From Tenericutes bacterium MZ-XQ (GTDB lineage Bacteria; Bacillota_I; Bacilli_A; Acholeplasmatales; Acholeplasmataceae), in assembly GCA_002838205.1 (NCBI GenBank), contig CP017950.1, forward strand, positions 686,858 to 750,857: a stretch of DNA of 64,000 nucleotides. Reading direction: 5' to 3'. The translations under genes were made by a program, and so were the position numbers. Of this stretch, positions 20,488 through 31,277 are shown piece by piece. How positions within the stretch are numbered: position 1 is the stretch's first letter; the number at the start of each line of letters is the position of its first letter. Below the pieces are notes generated by a model that was not told the DNA's origin, did not search any database, and saw only the letters and a list, made by a program, of their open reading frames with translations.

Positions 20488-21474
20488 TTATTCAAATGCT
20501 TTTATAAGTTTCTCATATTTTTCATTAAATTTTTCATCAATGGTCTGTGCTTCTTTATGTGTTAAATAATAATTAACTGCTCTTTTAGCAATCTCAGGAT
20601 ACTCAGTTTCTGAAACATAATGTGGGGCTACAGCTTTAATTTTAGAGTTATTAAATACTGCATTTTCTTTTTTATCGCCATAAAGCTCACCTTTAACTTC
20701 AGGAAAATGCTTTAAAATATCATCAGTTGGAATATAGATAATATTAGGTTTTTTTCCAAGTGCTTCATAGATTGATGCTGTAATTTCATTCCAAGTATAA
20801 ACTTTGTCACTTGTTAAGTGATAATATTCTTGATAGGTCATCTCATTTCCAAAAATATCAACAAAAGCTTTCGCAAAATCTTTATGATATGTTAATGTCC
20901 ATAAAGATTCTCCATCATCTGGAAGAACGATAGGCTGATCATTGATCATGCGGTTTAAGATCGTAAATGGATGACTCCAAGGGCTAAGTTGAAATACAAG
21001 TGATCGATCATTATACGTATGAGATGGTCTAATAATTGTTACATTAAATTCATCATCCCTTAAGCTTAATAGGTACTCTTCAGCATACTTTTTATTTTGA
21101 GAATATTGCCAATAAGGATTCTCAAGTGGAATATCTTCAGTTATTGGACTTTTAGGTAAAGGTTTATGGTATGCGGATGCTGTAGAAATAAAAATATATT
21201 GGTTTGTTTTACCTTTGAAAAGACGGTAATCTCTTTGAACATGTTCAACAGTAAACGCAAAAAACTCAATAATCACATCAAAAAAGTGAGGAATCAAAAG
21301 TTCTTTAACTCTTTGTTCATCGTTAATATCTGAAGTCAGTTGTGTTACAGGCTTATTGAACTCAACATTTTTATTTCCCCGATTTAATAAAAATACCTCC
21401 ATACCTCTATTTAGTGCTTCTTCAACAACTGCAGTTGATATTAAACCCGTCCCACCAATCAATAAAATTTTCAT
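20488..21474 (-). CDS. NAD-dependent epimerase/dehydratase (SDR) family protein
   Basis: N-terminal MKILLIGGTGLIS Rossmann motif. Confidence 0.65.
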   Translation of the reverse strand: MKILLIGGTGLISTAVVEEALNRGMEVFLLNRGNKNVEFNKPVTQLTSDINDEQRVKELLIPHFFDVIIEFFAFTVEHVQRDYRLFKGKTNQYIFISTASAYHKPLPKSPITEDIPLENPYWQYSQNKKYAEEYLLSLRDDEFNVTIIRPSHTYNDRSLVFQLSPWSHPFTILNRMINDQPIVLPDDGESLWTLTYHKDFAKAFVDIFGNEMTYQEYYHLTSDKVYTWNEITASIYEALGKKPNIIYIPTDDILKHFPEVKGELYGDKKENAVFNNSKIKAVAPHYVSETEYPEIAKRAVNYYLTHKEAQTIDEKFNEKYEKLIKAFE

Positions 21475-21551
21475 AACTAGCTCCTTTGATTTCATAGTTG
21501 TATTTTACCATGAAATCTAACAATTAAAAAAGCATGCACAGGCATGCTCGT

Positions 21552-22586
21552 TTATAGCTTCATATAATTTTGATTTGCTGCTTTTAACAACCGATTCATT
21601 AAGGCATCTTTATATTTTCCTTCATGAAAAGCAATCGCATAAATGATATCTATTTCATTTTTATCCATATCTCTAAGTGCTGCAAACAAATTCGATGCAA
21701 TCTCTTCTTCTTGGTTTGGCATGCCAATTGAATAAATATAGACATCTTTTAGTAAGTCTTTAAAATCTGATGTACAAATCACACCAATTTTATGATCACC
21801 TTTACTTGAATTTATTATATCATTGATAAATGTAACGACCTTATCCTTTTCTCCATCTATAATCATCAATTCACCTTTTGGTGCATAATGACGATACTTC
21901 ATTCCAGGAGCTTTAGGGATTTCATGTTCGGATGTTAAACTCCCACCGATAACTTTAGGGATAATCTCTTCTAGCATTTCTTTTGTGATGACACCTGGTC
22001 TTAATATCACTGGTATTTCATGGGTCACATCTAATACTGTCGACTCAATACCTACTTTGGATTTTCCACCATCAATCATAATATCAACTTTATCCTTAAA
22101 ATCTTCTAACACATGATCAAAAAGTGTTGATGATGGTTTTCCACTGATATTTGCACTTGGTGCACAAATTGGTACACCAGCGATATCAATGACTTTTAAA
22201 GCGATATCATGACTAGGCATTCTTATACCCACTGTCTCAAGACCTCCAGTGATCATATAAGGCACATGGTTTTGTTTTTCAAATACCATTGTCAGCGGAC
22301 CAGGCCAAAATTTGTCCATCAAATTTTTAACATAAGGTTGATGATTTTTTGTATACTTATATACATCTGTTTGATGAGAGATATGCATAATTAAAGGATT
22401 ATCACTTGGTCTACCTTTGACTTCATAAATCCCTTTAATGCCTTTTTCTGATAATGCGTAGGCTCCAATACCATAAACTGTTTCAGTGGGAAAAATAATA
22501 TTTTTACCAGATAGTAATGTTTCTTTTATGTCTTTTTGTACATCTATTTGATTTAAATCACTCACTTGATATATTCTTGTTTTCAT
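21552..22586 (-). CDS. tsaC: L-threonylcarbamoyladenylate synthase (Sua5/YrdC with Sua5 C-terminal domain)
   Basis: YrdC motif FPTETVYGIGA...KGRPSDNPLIMHI plus a C-terminal Sua5 domain of about 120 aa. Confidence 0.8.
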   Translation of the reverse strand: MKTRIYQVSDLNQIDVQKDIKETLLSGKNIIFPTETVYGIGAYALSEKGIKGIYEVKGRPSDNPLIMHISHQTDVYKYTKNHQPYVKNLMDKFWPGPLTMVFEKQNHVPYMITGGLETVGIRMPSHDIALKVIDIAGVPICAPSANISGKPSSTLFDHVLEDFKDKVDIMIDGGKSKVGIESTVLDVTHEIPVILRPGVITKEMLEEIIPKVIGGSLTSEHEIPKAPGMKYRHYAPKGELMIIDGEKDKVVTFINDIINSSKGDHKIGVICTSDFKDLLKDVYIYSIGMPNQEEEIASNLFAALRDMDKNEIDIIYAIAFHEGKYKDALMNRLLKAANQNYMKL

Positions 22587-22650
22587 TTGATTACCTTCTT
22601 AAAAAATCATACTCAACCATTATATCATAAATTACTATTTCATCACTTTA

Positions 22651-25503
22651 TTATTTATTAAACCCTTTACGCTTTTGCGCGCCCCATTGACCACTTTCCC
22701 TTAATGCCTTAAAACTACTGATTGCTCTATGGATACTAATGATCTGACGATATCCGAAATTCTCAAAAATAGCATAGAATAAGAGTTTATACATATCTTT
22801 TTGACTCATCATGAGCATTTCTTTTTCAGACATATAAAACGATGATAAAGAAATGACAACACCAAAAGCTATGGATGCAGTAAATATACCTAATAAAATA
22901 ACTGAATTTAGAAGTCCTAAAACGATCGCTAAAGCTAACATAATATAGCCTTGTAACTCTAAGAACGGCCCTAAAAACTCAAATATGAAAAAGTATGGAT
23001 ATCCAATGAATCCAATCTGTTTATAGTCTTTATTAAAGGCAACGTTTCTATGATAAGACAAAATATCAATAAGACCTCTTTGCCATCTATTTCTTTGTTT
23101 TAGTAATGTTTTCATATCACTTGGAAGTTCTGTATAGCAATATGCATTATGAACATAACTGACAAGATAAGGTTTCTTCTCTTTTAATGCCTGCATGGTT
23201 AATCTGACCACAAGTTCCATATCTTCACCAACAGTGTCTTTTTTAAAAGATCCACTACTTGTTAAATAACCACCTGCTTTAATCAATGCTTGCTTATGAA
23301 ACAAACCAAATGCACCAGAAATAATCATTAAGCTTTTGATTTCACTCCAGCCAATTCTGCCACTTGTGAATGCACGTAAATATTCAATTGTTTGAAAACG
23401 ACATAGCATTTCTTTAGGAATTGATCTTTTTTCAACTTGTCCTTTATCAAAAGTAAATCCATTAGCTGGATAAATGTTTCCACCCACAGCAATCGTTTCT
23501 TTAGTGTCATCTAGCATCACTGAAGCTATTTTTAATAAAGCATCACCTTCTAAGATGCTATCAGCATCTATCCCACAGACATATGGCTTTTTACTGACGT
23601 TAATTCCTACGTTTAAAGCATCAGCTTTTCCGCCATTTTGCTTATCAACAACAACTAAGTTAGGAATATCTTTTGCCTGATAAACTCCTCTAATATCTTT
23701 GGTATTTATAGACTTCAAGAAAGAAGGATGCTTACGTTCAAGTTCGAAATGATCAATGAGCTTAACTAAAGTTTGGTCTTTAGAGCCATCATTTACTACA
23801 ATAACTTCGTAATCAGGGTATTTCAGATTGAGTAAGCTTGTTACACTATCAATGATACTTAGTTCTTCGTTATATGCTGGCGCAATAATTGAAATACCTG
23901 GTAAAAGTTGATCAGTAAACAATACAGTAAATGGTTTTGTCTTTGCTAAATCGGTTTGTCTTTTTGAACCTGATAAAGCAAACAAAAATAAGATGATATA
24001 GACCATATTAATCAATCCAAAATAAAAGATCAAATATATGTTAGCATCTATCAAAAATGACTCTATGATTTCTTTTAATGACATATTAAAGATCTTTATA
24101 TTGTATCTAGCTATAAAAATCATTGGGATAAGTAAATGAATCAGTAATAGCCATCTAATAATCCATCTAATCTTATCTTTTTCTTTAGGTGCTTTTTCTT
24201 TTGGAATCACTTCGAACTCTAGTTTTTGCATACCAAAAGCTGCGAGTACTCGAGGATTCAAATATGTTCTAAAAGATTTCGATAACTCCATATGTTGGAT
24301 TAAAATCGGTTTGATCATTTGAACTAATATATTTTCAATTTCTAAATCTTGATTTAAGTTTAAAAAGTCAATGAGCGGTTCAATGATGTTTTGACTCATA
24401 ATTTGTTTAATGATAGTAGTTAACAACGACTGATTCTTATTGATAAGTCGTAAGATGATATAATCTATTCTTTCAGCTAAAACATAAGCAATCTTTCTTT
24501 TTTGAAGCTCATTTAAATCATGGTATATTCTTAGAACATGCTCTAAATACGTTTTTTCGCTAAGCATCATTTTAGATAACGTCTTGATGCGCTGTTGATC
24601 TAAATCACTATCATCTAAATCATTTATTAACCGGCTGACACACGATAGTTGAGGCTTAAATGCTAAAGCAGATATCGCTGCTTTTTTAACAGAAATATCT
24701 TGATGGTTTAAAAAAGTTTCATCATAAAAAAGTGATGGTACATGTTTTAATAAGTTATTTAATAATATATCTTTAATTTTTTGGTTTCGATCACTTTGAT
24801 AGGGATGACTTTTTATGATCCACTCGAGTTGTTCTTGCATATATGTGAGTAAAAAGTCATCAGCAAAAAACTGACCCATACGACTTAAAGCCAAAACAAT
24901 ATGGTATCTAAAATCTTTTTTATATCTAGGTAAGATATCATAAATTGCTCGTAAGTGATTGGATATAAGTGTACACATGCGCTCATGATAAATGTCATTC
25001 TTATAGATTAAGTCATTCATCAATACTTCAAACACTTCTTCTTTATTGAGTACAGAGAAATGTGGAATCATACTCAGCTTAATCGTCTCGTCTTTTTCAA
25101 CCTTAAATCTCTCAAAAAGCATTTCTGTGATATGAACTTGTTTTAAGCGACCTAAATAAAAGACAGCTAATAATCTGTGATGTCTCTTATTAGATTTTAA
25201 TCTTCTTATTTGTTTTTTTAGAAATTGATGATCTAAGAGATCTGCAATGATTAAATCTCTAACATTCTCTTCTAATTGGACTTGTTCATCAACATCGATG
25301 AGTGCTTTTAAGAAAAACGTCTTGGAGACTGGGAGTTTAACATCTTCATTATCGAAATATTTTTTAAAAATATAATTTCTAGCAAGGTTTGTTTTTTTAA
25401 GCTTTATTTTATGTCTATGTTTTTGTGTGGTAATCAAAATGATAAAACATAGACTTAATGCACCAAAAAAACCCAAGATCATATATATGATTGTTAATAT
25501 CAT
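22651..25503 (-). CDS. membrane glycosyltransferase family 2 processive synthase (PgaC/IcaA/BcsA-like) fused to an N-terminal TM plus a helical-repeat domain of about 400 aa
   Basis: GT2 motifs IIAPAYNEE, VVNDGSKD, GIDADS and QRNRWQRG (QxxRW), with multiple flanking TM helices. The N-terminal half carries HEAT-like repeats (RLLAVFYLGRLK, VKKAAISALAFK, RKIAYVLAER). Confidence 0.7.
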   Translation of the reverse strand: MILTIIYMILGFFGALSLCFIILITTQKHRHKIKLKKTNLARNYIFKKYFDNEDVKLPVSKTFFLKALIDVDEQVQLEENVRDLIIADLLDHQFLKKQIRRLKSNKRHHRLLAVFYLGRLKQVHITEMLFERFKVEKDETIKLSMIPHFSVLNKEEVFEVLMNDLIYKNDIYHERMCTLISNHLRAIYDILPRYKKDFRYHIVLALSRMGQFFADDFLLTYMQEQLEWIIKSHPYQSDRNQKIKDILLNNLLKHVPSLFYDETFLNHQDISVKKAAISALAFKPQLSCVSRLINDLDDSDLDQQRIKTLSKMMLSEKTYLEHVLRIYHDLNELQKRKIAYVLAERIDYIILRLINKNQSLLTTIIKQIMSQNIIEPLIDFLNLNQDLEIENILVQMIKPILIQHMELSKSFRTYLNPRVLAAFGMQKLEFEVIPKEKAPKEKDKIRWIIRWLLLIHLLIPMIFIARYNIKIFNMSLKEIIESFLIDANIYLIFYFGLINMVYIILFLFALSGSKRQTDLAKTKPFTVLFTDQLLPGISIIAPAYNEELSIIDSVTSLLNLKYPDYEVIVVNDGSKDQTLVKLIDHFELERKHPSFLKSINTKDIRGVYQAKDIPNLVVVDKQNGGKADALNVGINVSKKPYVCGIDADSILEGDALLKIASVMLDDTKETIAVGGNIYPANGFTFDKGQVEKRSIPKEMLCRFQTIEYLRAFTSGRIGWSEIKSLMIISGAFGLFHKQALIKAGGYLTSSGSFKKDTVGEDMELVVRLTMQALKEKKPYLVSYVHNAYCYTELPSDMKTLLKQRNRWQRGLIDILSYHRNVAFNKDYKQIGFIGYPYFFIFEFLGPFLELQGYIMLALAIVLGLLNSVILLGIFTASIAFGVVISLSSFYMSEKEMLMMSQKDMYKLLFYAIFENFGYRQIISIHRAISSFKALRESGQWGAQKRKGFNK

Positions 25504-27482
25504 AAAACCACCCTTTGGTTTCTAACACGTTTTACATATCCAATGAGTTCTTCAGGTATGATTGGTTTTCTTAAGACAAGATTCACATCAAGCAAATTAC
25601 ATCTCATAATCACATCTAAGTTTTTATGATGGCTCGTGATGACAAAAGGAATATCTTTAAAATGAATGGTATCATTGATTTTTTGTTTCAGTTGGAACCC
25701 ATCTAGTTTTGACAAATTAATCTCAGATATTATGACATCAATCTGATGTTTCTCAAGAAGGTCTAATGCTTCGTAGATATCTTTTGCGACCAAAACTTTA
25801 TACTGAATCCGATCAAATATTTTTACCATGAGATTTTGATAAGTCTCATCTTCATCAACCAATAAAATCATTCCATCAGTTTTTTGTTGATCATCATTCG
25901 TATCATCAATGATTTGATCATTACCACGTTGTTTCGCCTTTTCTAAGCGCATCAACGAAAGCTCAATCCATTGATTTACTTGCTCTATGGTTTCATATTT
26001 TTCATTGAGTTCTCCAACTTTTACAATACTCATAGATACTGTTATTGGTTCAACAAAAAGATCAGAGTCATGAATGGCTTGTCTAAGTTTAATGACAAAT
26101 GACTTTAATTGGTCTTTTAAAACATGATGTTTATAGACAAAAATACCAGGTCCATTTTGCTTAAATGCAAGTGTATCTTCTGATTTGATTCTATTAATCA
26201 AATATGCTAAATTCCTTAAGGTTTCATCACCTTTTTCACTACCATATTGTCGATTAATGGAAACTAAATTATCAATATAGATAGTTATAAGTGCTCTTTC
26301 AAAGTTTGGTTCTAATGGATGATCGATATTGTTAATCAGATGTTGAATCATAAATCGTTGATTATATAAACCAGTAATTGGACATCTTAAAAGTTTCTCT
26401 GATGTTTCACTTATCTTACCTTCTAGTTTAGAGACTTTTTCTTCCAAGGATTCTTTTAAGGTGCTTAAACTTTCGATACGTTTTCTTTGTTCGAGCATTT
26501 TAGTTTTAAAAATAGTTGGCATGTGAATATTATAGAGTTTATGATATTTTTTTACAACAGGTTCCAAAACAATTAACCACTCTACACCTTTATGTTGGTA
26601 GATGAGCTCGAAAAAAGCATTCCATAATTTATAGCCCGTCAAGGTTGTTTGGTCAATTTCAAGATGTGGCAACATATCTAACTTAATTTCTGAGTCATCA
26701 AATATCGATAAAATATCTTCACGATGATAGTATTTTTCCAAAACTTTTAACATATGATTGCAAATAGATTCATAGTTATACGATACATTTTTATCATTGA
26801 TCTTTGAGACAACTTGATTAGTATTATAAAAATCATATTTAATCACAGCATCTGTTATCTTTGCTTGTTCTTTTGAAAGGGGTTCACCAAGCCTTGGATA
26901 TATGATATCTATATCATATTTTCTTAGTTTCTTAATGTTTTGTCTAACGAATTCTACACTCGGTAAAATAGACTCATGGAACTGATTGATTGCCAAGATC
27001 AATTGTTCAGTATTTTTCTTTTCTATAGGTGTTTGAGAAAACAAATGGCCTGAGAATAAGACTTTTTGGCTTTGATAATACGTTGAAAAACAATCAGGAA
27101 AAGGTAAAAATGGAGTAGGTATAAATAAAAGTTTTTCTTGTTCATTTAAGACGAGTTCAAAATGCAAATCTTCTATGGTCATAATTTCAGCATCAACTAT
27201 ATGATTTAAGTAAGGTGTCCCTATTTGATTTACAATGATTTTGCCTTTAAATCCATGCTTAATTAGATGATTGATTGATGTGATATTTAAAAGATCACTA
27301 CTTTGGAGAATCAAAAAATCAAGTTTATTCAAAGTTATGTGCTTATTGAGCTCCTCAACAAGAACATTTACATGATAATCTGCACCTGGATCTAATAAAA
27401 TATAATATTTTTCACCTGTGATTAAATAGGCGTGACGTTTAACCTCTTTTTCTATGACAATAGGAAATACTTTTTGTTCCAT
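25500..27482 (-). CDS. multidomain regulator: N-terminal MBL-fold-like domain, coiled coil, degenerate GGDEF domain, C-terminal pseudo-receiver (REC) domain
   Basis: GGDEF-like stretch TGLYNQRFM...INRQYGSEKGDETLRNLA but NGPGIF where GG[DE]EF is expected. REC domain LLVDEDE...DVIISEINLSKLDG...RKP with Glu at the phospho-acceptor position. Stop overlaps the start of the GT2 gene (ATGA). Confidence 0.6.
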   Translation of the reverse strand: MEQKVFPIVIEKEVKRHAYLITGEKYYILLDPGADYHVNVLVEELNKHITLNKLDFLILQSSDLLNITSINHLIKHGFKGKIIVNQIGTPYLNHIVDAEIMTIEDLHFELVLNEQEKLLFIPTPFLPFPDCFSTYYQSQKVLFSGHLFSQTPIEKKNTEQLILAINQFHESILPSVEFVRQNIKKLRKYDIDIIYPRLGEPLSKEQAKITDAVIKYDFYNTNQVVSKINDKNVSYNYESICNHMLKVLEKYYHREDILSIFDDSEIKLDMLPHLEIDQTTLTGYKLWNAFFELIYQHKGVEWLIVLEPVVKKYHKLYNIHMPTIFKTKMLEQRKRIESLSTLKESLEEKVSKLEGKISETSEKLLRCPITGLYNQRFMIQHLINNIDHPLEPNFERALITIYIDNLVSINRQYGSEKGDETLRNLAYLINRIKSEDTLAFKQNGPGIFVYKHHVLKDQLKSFVIKLRQAIHDSDLFVEPITVSMSIVKVGELNEKYETIEQVNQWIELSLMRLEKAKQRGNDQIIDDTNDDQQKTDGMILLVDEDETYQNLMVKIFDRIQYKVLVAKDIYEALDLLEKHQIDVIISEINLSKLDGFQLKQKINDTIHFKDIPFVITSHHKNLDVIMRCNLLDVNLVLRKPIIPEELIGYVKRVRNQRVVL

Positions 27483-27551
27483 TAAATCACCTCAAATTGG
27501 TATTTTAGTGTATGTCGTATTTTCTTAATTATATCATGTATTGATTAAATA

Positions 27552-27588
27552 AAAAAGGACGCTATTTTAGAATTATAGGTCCTTTTTA
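27552..27588. terminator. bidirectional terminator between psuG and the regulator/GT2 operon
   Basis: AAAAAGGAC...GTCCTTTTT hairpin with flanking A/T runs. Confidence 0.55.
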
Positions 27589-27592
27589 TGGA

Positions 27593-28522
27593 TTACGATG
27601 CCTTAATATCGCTATATGCTTTCGCTAATTTAGCGCCTACTTTTGCATTGTTATATACTAAAGCTAAATTGGCTTCTAAGCTCTTCCCTTTGGTTTCTTC
27701 AACTATCTTTTTGAGTAGGTATGGTGTAACGTCTTTACCTTCAATATGGTCTATAACACTTTGTCTGATTGCATCATCAATGATCTTATTGATGTATGAT
27801 GCATCTAATGAATCTTCTTCTGGAATTGGATTTGCAATCAAAACACCTGCTTTTAGTCCTAATTGATCTTTCGTGAAAATCATGTGTGCGAGTTCTTCTA
27901 CTGTATCAACTTTATGATGAAGTTTAATGTCCGAAGTTCTTGTATAGAATGCTGGAAGTACATCAGTTTGATATCCCACAACACTCACACCTTTCGTTTC
28001 TAAATACTCCATCGTTCTTGGTAAATCAAGAATCGCTTTTGCTCCAGCACAGATCACATTCACATTGGTTTGTGATAGTTCCTCCAAGTCAGCTGAAACA
28101 TCAAGGGTATCTTCATAACCTCTATGAACTCCACCTATACCACCAGTAACAAAGAATTTAATCCCTGCCATAGCTGCACAAATCATTGTTGAGGCAACTG
28201 TTGTAGCTCCTAATGACTTGCTTGAAACGATGGTTGCTAGATCTCTTCTTGAAACTTTTGCTACATGTTTAGCATTTGCTAGTGTTTCTAGGTCTTCATC
28301 TGTTAAACCAATTTTGATTTGCCCATCCATAATGGCGATAGTCGCTGGTATGGCACCATGATCTCTAACGATTTGTTCTACTTTTTTTGCCATTTCAACG
28401 TTTTGAGGATATGGCATACCGTGTGAGATAATTGTAGATTCTAATGCAACTACTGGTTTATGATTTTCTAATGCCTCTTTGACTTCTTGTTTCATACTTA
28501 AATACTTTTCATATGGTTTCAT
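27593..28522 (-). CDS. psuG: pseudouridine-5'-phosphate glycosidase
   Basis: 309 aa indigoidine synthase A-like/PsuG family ([18 protein letters not shown]). Confidence 0.8.
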   Translation of the reverse strand: MKPYEKYLSMKQEVKEALENHKPVVALESTIISHGMPYPQNVEMAKKVEQIVRDHGAIPATIAIMDGQIKIGLTDEDLETLANAKHVAKVSRRDLATIVSSKSLGATTVASTMICAAMAGIKFFVTGGIGGVHRGYEDTLDVSADLEELSQTNVNVICAGAKAILDLPRTMEYLETKGVSVVGYQTDVLPAFYTRTSDIKLHHKVDTVEELAHMIFTKDQLGLKAGVLIANPIPEEDSLDASYINKIIDDAIRQSVIDHIEGKDVTPYLLKKIVEETKGKSLEANLALVYNNAKVGAKLAKAYSDIKAS

Positions 28523-29612
28523 ATTTTTTTAACTCCTTTTTAATTAAATTTATTGATAATTTTGGATTAACTGAATGATTTGATTGGATTGTTAAACTTG
28601 AATTGATTGCTCCAAATTTTACGCTTTCTTCAAATGTATGACTTGAAACTAATCCGTAAATGACTGCGCTGCTAAAGGCGTCACCAGCACCTGTAACATC
28701 AACAATTTGCTTTTCTTCTATAAGATATGCTTTTTGATGATATACCTCATCATGTGTTCCATAATAAGAGCCTTTCGTGCCTGCTGTAATCACCACTTTG
28801 TGAATCCCTTTATTTAAAAACAATTTGCATAACTTTATTGGATCATCTTCTTTTGTCTTAAAGTATGCTTGGGCTTCGTCAAGATTGCAAATAAGAAGTT
28901 CTAAACCTTCTAATACTTCAGGTAGATGTTTCATCTTTGGACCCGAAACACCAACGATAGCTAGTGGAATTTGTTCTGAAATACTTTGTTCAAGTAAAGC
29001 TTCTACTGCATCCATTGAAAGATTAAGATCTGCAACCATGAATGAACTTAAATTTAAATGCCTTTTATGCTCTAAGATCCAAGATCTATTCATGTATTGA
29101 TTGATAGACATATCCGCAAAACCAACAGTCATATTGCCTTTCTGATCGATGATTGAATAATAACTACCCGTATGCTCGTGGTTTTTTTGATCCACAGCAA
29201 AAACTTCCATGAGTTTTTTTTGTTCTTGAATGAGATCATTTCCAGATGTATCATTTCCAACAATACTCATCAATGACACACGTTGATTAAGTCTTGCCAA
29301 ATTTTCTGCAACATTTCTGATCACACCACCATATGATGTTTGTGAGAAAACTGGATTTGATGTGCCTAGTATAAGATCATCCTCAAGTTTAAGTGTACGA
29401 TCGTAATTAGCTCCACCAATACATGTTATATATTTATCTTCTCTAAGCACATATGGTTTACCTAAAATATAACCTTTATCTTGCAAACCTGATATTAGAT
29501 TTGCGATTGCAGGCCTAGATAAACCCAATAGATCTGCCAGCATTTTTTGACTGATATATGGGTCTTCTTTTAAAATCGATAATACCTTTTGCTCATTATC
29601 ATTTAGTTTCAT
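28509..29612 (-). CDS. psuK: pseudouridine kinase (PfkB family) with an N-terminal winged-helix HTH domain
   Basis: PfkB motifs (CIGGANYD...DVTGAGDAF). About 60-aa N-terminal HTH ([30 protein letters not shown]). Overlaps psuG. Confidence 0.7.
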   Translation of the reverse strand: MKLNDNEQKVLSILKEDPYISQKMLADLLGLSRPAIANLISGLQDKGYILGKPYVLREDKYITCIGGANYDRTLKLEDDLILGTSNPVFSQTSYGGVIRNVAENLARLNQRVSLMSIVGNDTSGNDLIQEQKKLMEVFAVDQKNHEHTGSYYSIIDQKGNMTVGFADMSINQYMNRSWILEHKRHLNLSSFMVADLNLSMDAVEALLEQSISEQIPLAIVGVSGPKMKHLPEVLEGLELLICNLDEAQAYFKTKEDDPIKLCKLFLNKGIHKVVITAGTKGSYYGTHDEVYHQKAYLIEEKQIVDVTGAGDAFSSAVIYGLVSSHTFEESVKFGAINSSLTIQSNHSVNPKLSINLIKKELKKYETI

Positions 29613-29726
29613 TTACAATCACCTCTAACAATTGTTCATTTTCAAACTTTTGTTTATATTTTTATTTTACACCTAAAGATTCCATTTGTAAAGTGAAAAA
29701 GAAAAAAAGAGAATTTCTCCTCTTAA

Positions 29727-30263
29727 TCATAGTTCTTGTGCCTTTAAAACAAAGCTCTCAATTTCAGTTTTAGAAACAAACAAATGAATGATGCTTGCGC
29801 TTATATAAAACAATACCAATAGAGTTATATCGATAATCATTGCGAATCTAAATCCAAGTTCAGCGATTTGGAATAGAATAATCGGTAACTTTAATGAACT
29901 CCATACCATCAAGAAAAACAGAACATTACTGTATTTAGCACCTTTTCTTAACATCATGTACGCAATTGGAAAAGCTATCAAAGTTGGTCCTGCACTAAAT
30001 GCACCTAATATAAATGATAATATCATACCTTTAGTCTTAGAGTTTTCACCCATATGTTCTACGATTGTTTCTTTAGGTACCCATACATCAAAAAGCCCTA
30101 TAAGAATGAATATGGGTGGTACAATTAGAAGCATTGAAATGATTTGATCATAAGTATTCTCTAAAGCTCTATAGGTCATAGAAATATCTATTATCGTCAT
30201 CACGATAAGCATGATGATAGAGATCATCAAAAACTTTTGTTTTTTAATCATTCTTTTCATCAT
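29727..30263 (-). CDS. permease family membrane protein, C-terminal half of a split two-gene permease
   Basis: 178 aa, all TM helices. Translationally coupled to 30260-30745. Confidence 0.4.
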   Translation of the reverse strand: MMKRMIKKQKFLMISIIMLIVMTIIDISMTYRALENTYDQIISMLLIVPPIFILIGLFDVWVPKETIVEHMGENSKTKGMILSFILGAFSAGPTLIAFPIAYMMLRKGAKYSNVLFFLMVWSSLKLPIILFQIAELGFRFAMIIDITLLVLFYISASIIHLFVSKTEIESFVLKAQEL

Positions 30264-30745
30264 ACACCTACCAATAGGACAACTAGAATGACTAAAATTG
30301 CTCCAATAAAACTTACAAGATTTCTGTATATAGCTACTTTTTTGTTAAAAAGTTTACTTTCCATAGCAAAATAAACCAGTCCTACACTCATGAGTGTGAC
30401 TAAAAATCCTGCAACTATCGGCACTGACGCACCTTGCTCAATTAAGTCAGAGCCTAGTGGATATGCAACAAATGGTGACATAAACGTAACACTTCCAAGA
30501 AGTAAACCTATGATATATCCAAACAAACCACTTTCTTCTCCCATCGTCCTACTAATAAAATCAGGAGTGATTAGTGTTAAGATGATCCCAATGAATAGAA
30601 ATAACGGTAACAACACTGGCATGAGTTTTACAAATGTATTCTTAGCTTTAATCAGTGCTTTTTTAGTCTTTTGCTTATCTTTAATAAGTGAAACGATTAA
30701 TAATAAAATGGCTAAACTGTATATAATGATTGTATCTATAGTCAT
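30260..30745 (-). CDS. permease family membrane protein, N-terminal half of a split two-gene permease
   Basis: 161 aa, TM helices, overlapping downstream partner. Confidence 0.4.
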   Translation of the reverse strand: MTIDTIIIYSLAILLLIVSLIKDKQKTKKALIKAKNTFVKLMPVLLPLFLFIGIILTLITPDFISRTMGEESGLFGYIIGLLLGSVTFMSPFVAYPLGSDLIEQGASVPIVAGFLVTLMSVGLVYFAMESKLFNKKVAIYRNLVSFIGAILVILVVLLVGV

Positions 30746-30836
30746 CTTGTGTACCTCTTTTCTAAAATAGAATACACTAATCTTTTAAAAAAAGAAATGA
30801 AAAAGATAAAAAAAATGCATTTTTTAACAAAATGCA

Positions 30837-31172
30837 TTATTGTGAAGCTACTTCCTTAAAACTGATTTGATGTTGTTCGAGAATCTTTATTATCCTACTT
30901 TCAAAAGACTCTTTAGCACCCCAATCAAATTTAAAAAGCCATCCAGTTCCACCACCTGAACCTACAGCTTCAATAGTCGTTTCAAAGTCATCTTCTTGAT
31001 ACATAACGATTGACAATGATGCTCGACTAGAGTTTCTAATAAAATACTTTTCAACAACTAAAAAGACTACTTCTTCACTAATTTGTCCTTGATGTACAAT
31101 ATTATAATCACTAAACTGCTCAACAATGACTCTTTTAAGTGTTTGTATATCTTTTTGAACCACTAATCTCAT
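30837..31172 (-). CDS. hypothetical protein, third gene of the NfeD-flotillin operon
   Basis: 111 aa ORF with GSGGGTGWLFKFDWG motif. Position equivalent to yuaI in the Bacillus yuaF-floT-yuaI operon but not GNAT-like. Confidence 0.4.
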   Translation of the reverse strand: MRLVVQKDIQTLKRVIVEQFSDYNIVHQGQISEEVVFLVVEKYFIRNSSRASLSIVMYQEDDFETTIEAVGSGGGTGWLFKFDWGAKESFESRIIKILEQHQISFKEVASQ

Positions 31173-31277
31173 GTTATCCCCCTATTGATCTTAAAATTTA
31201 TTAAACTTATTAGTCATATTATAGCATATCCATTTATGCAAAAAAAGGCTAAGCATATCGCTTAGCCTAATCTATCA

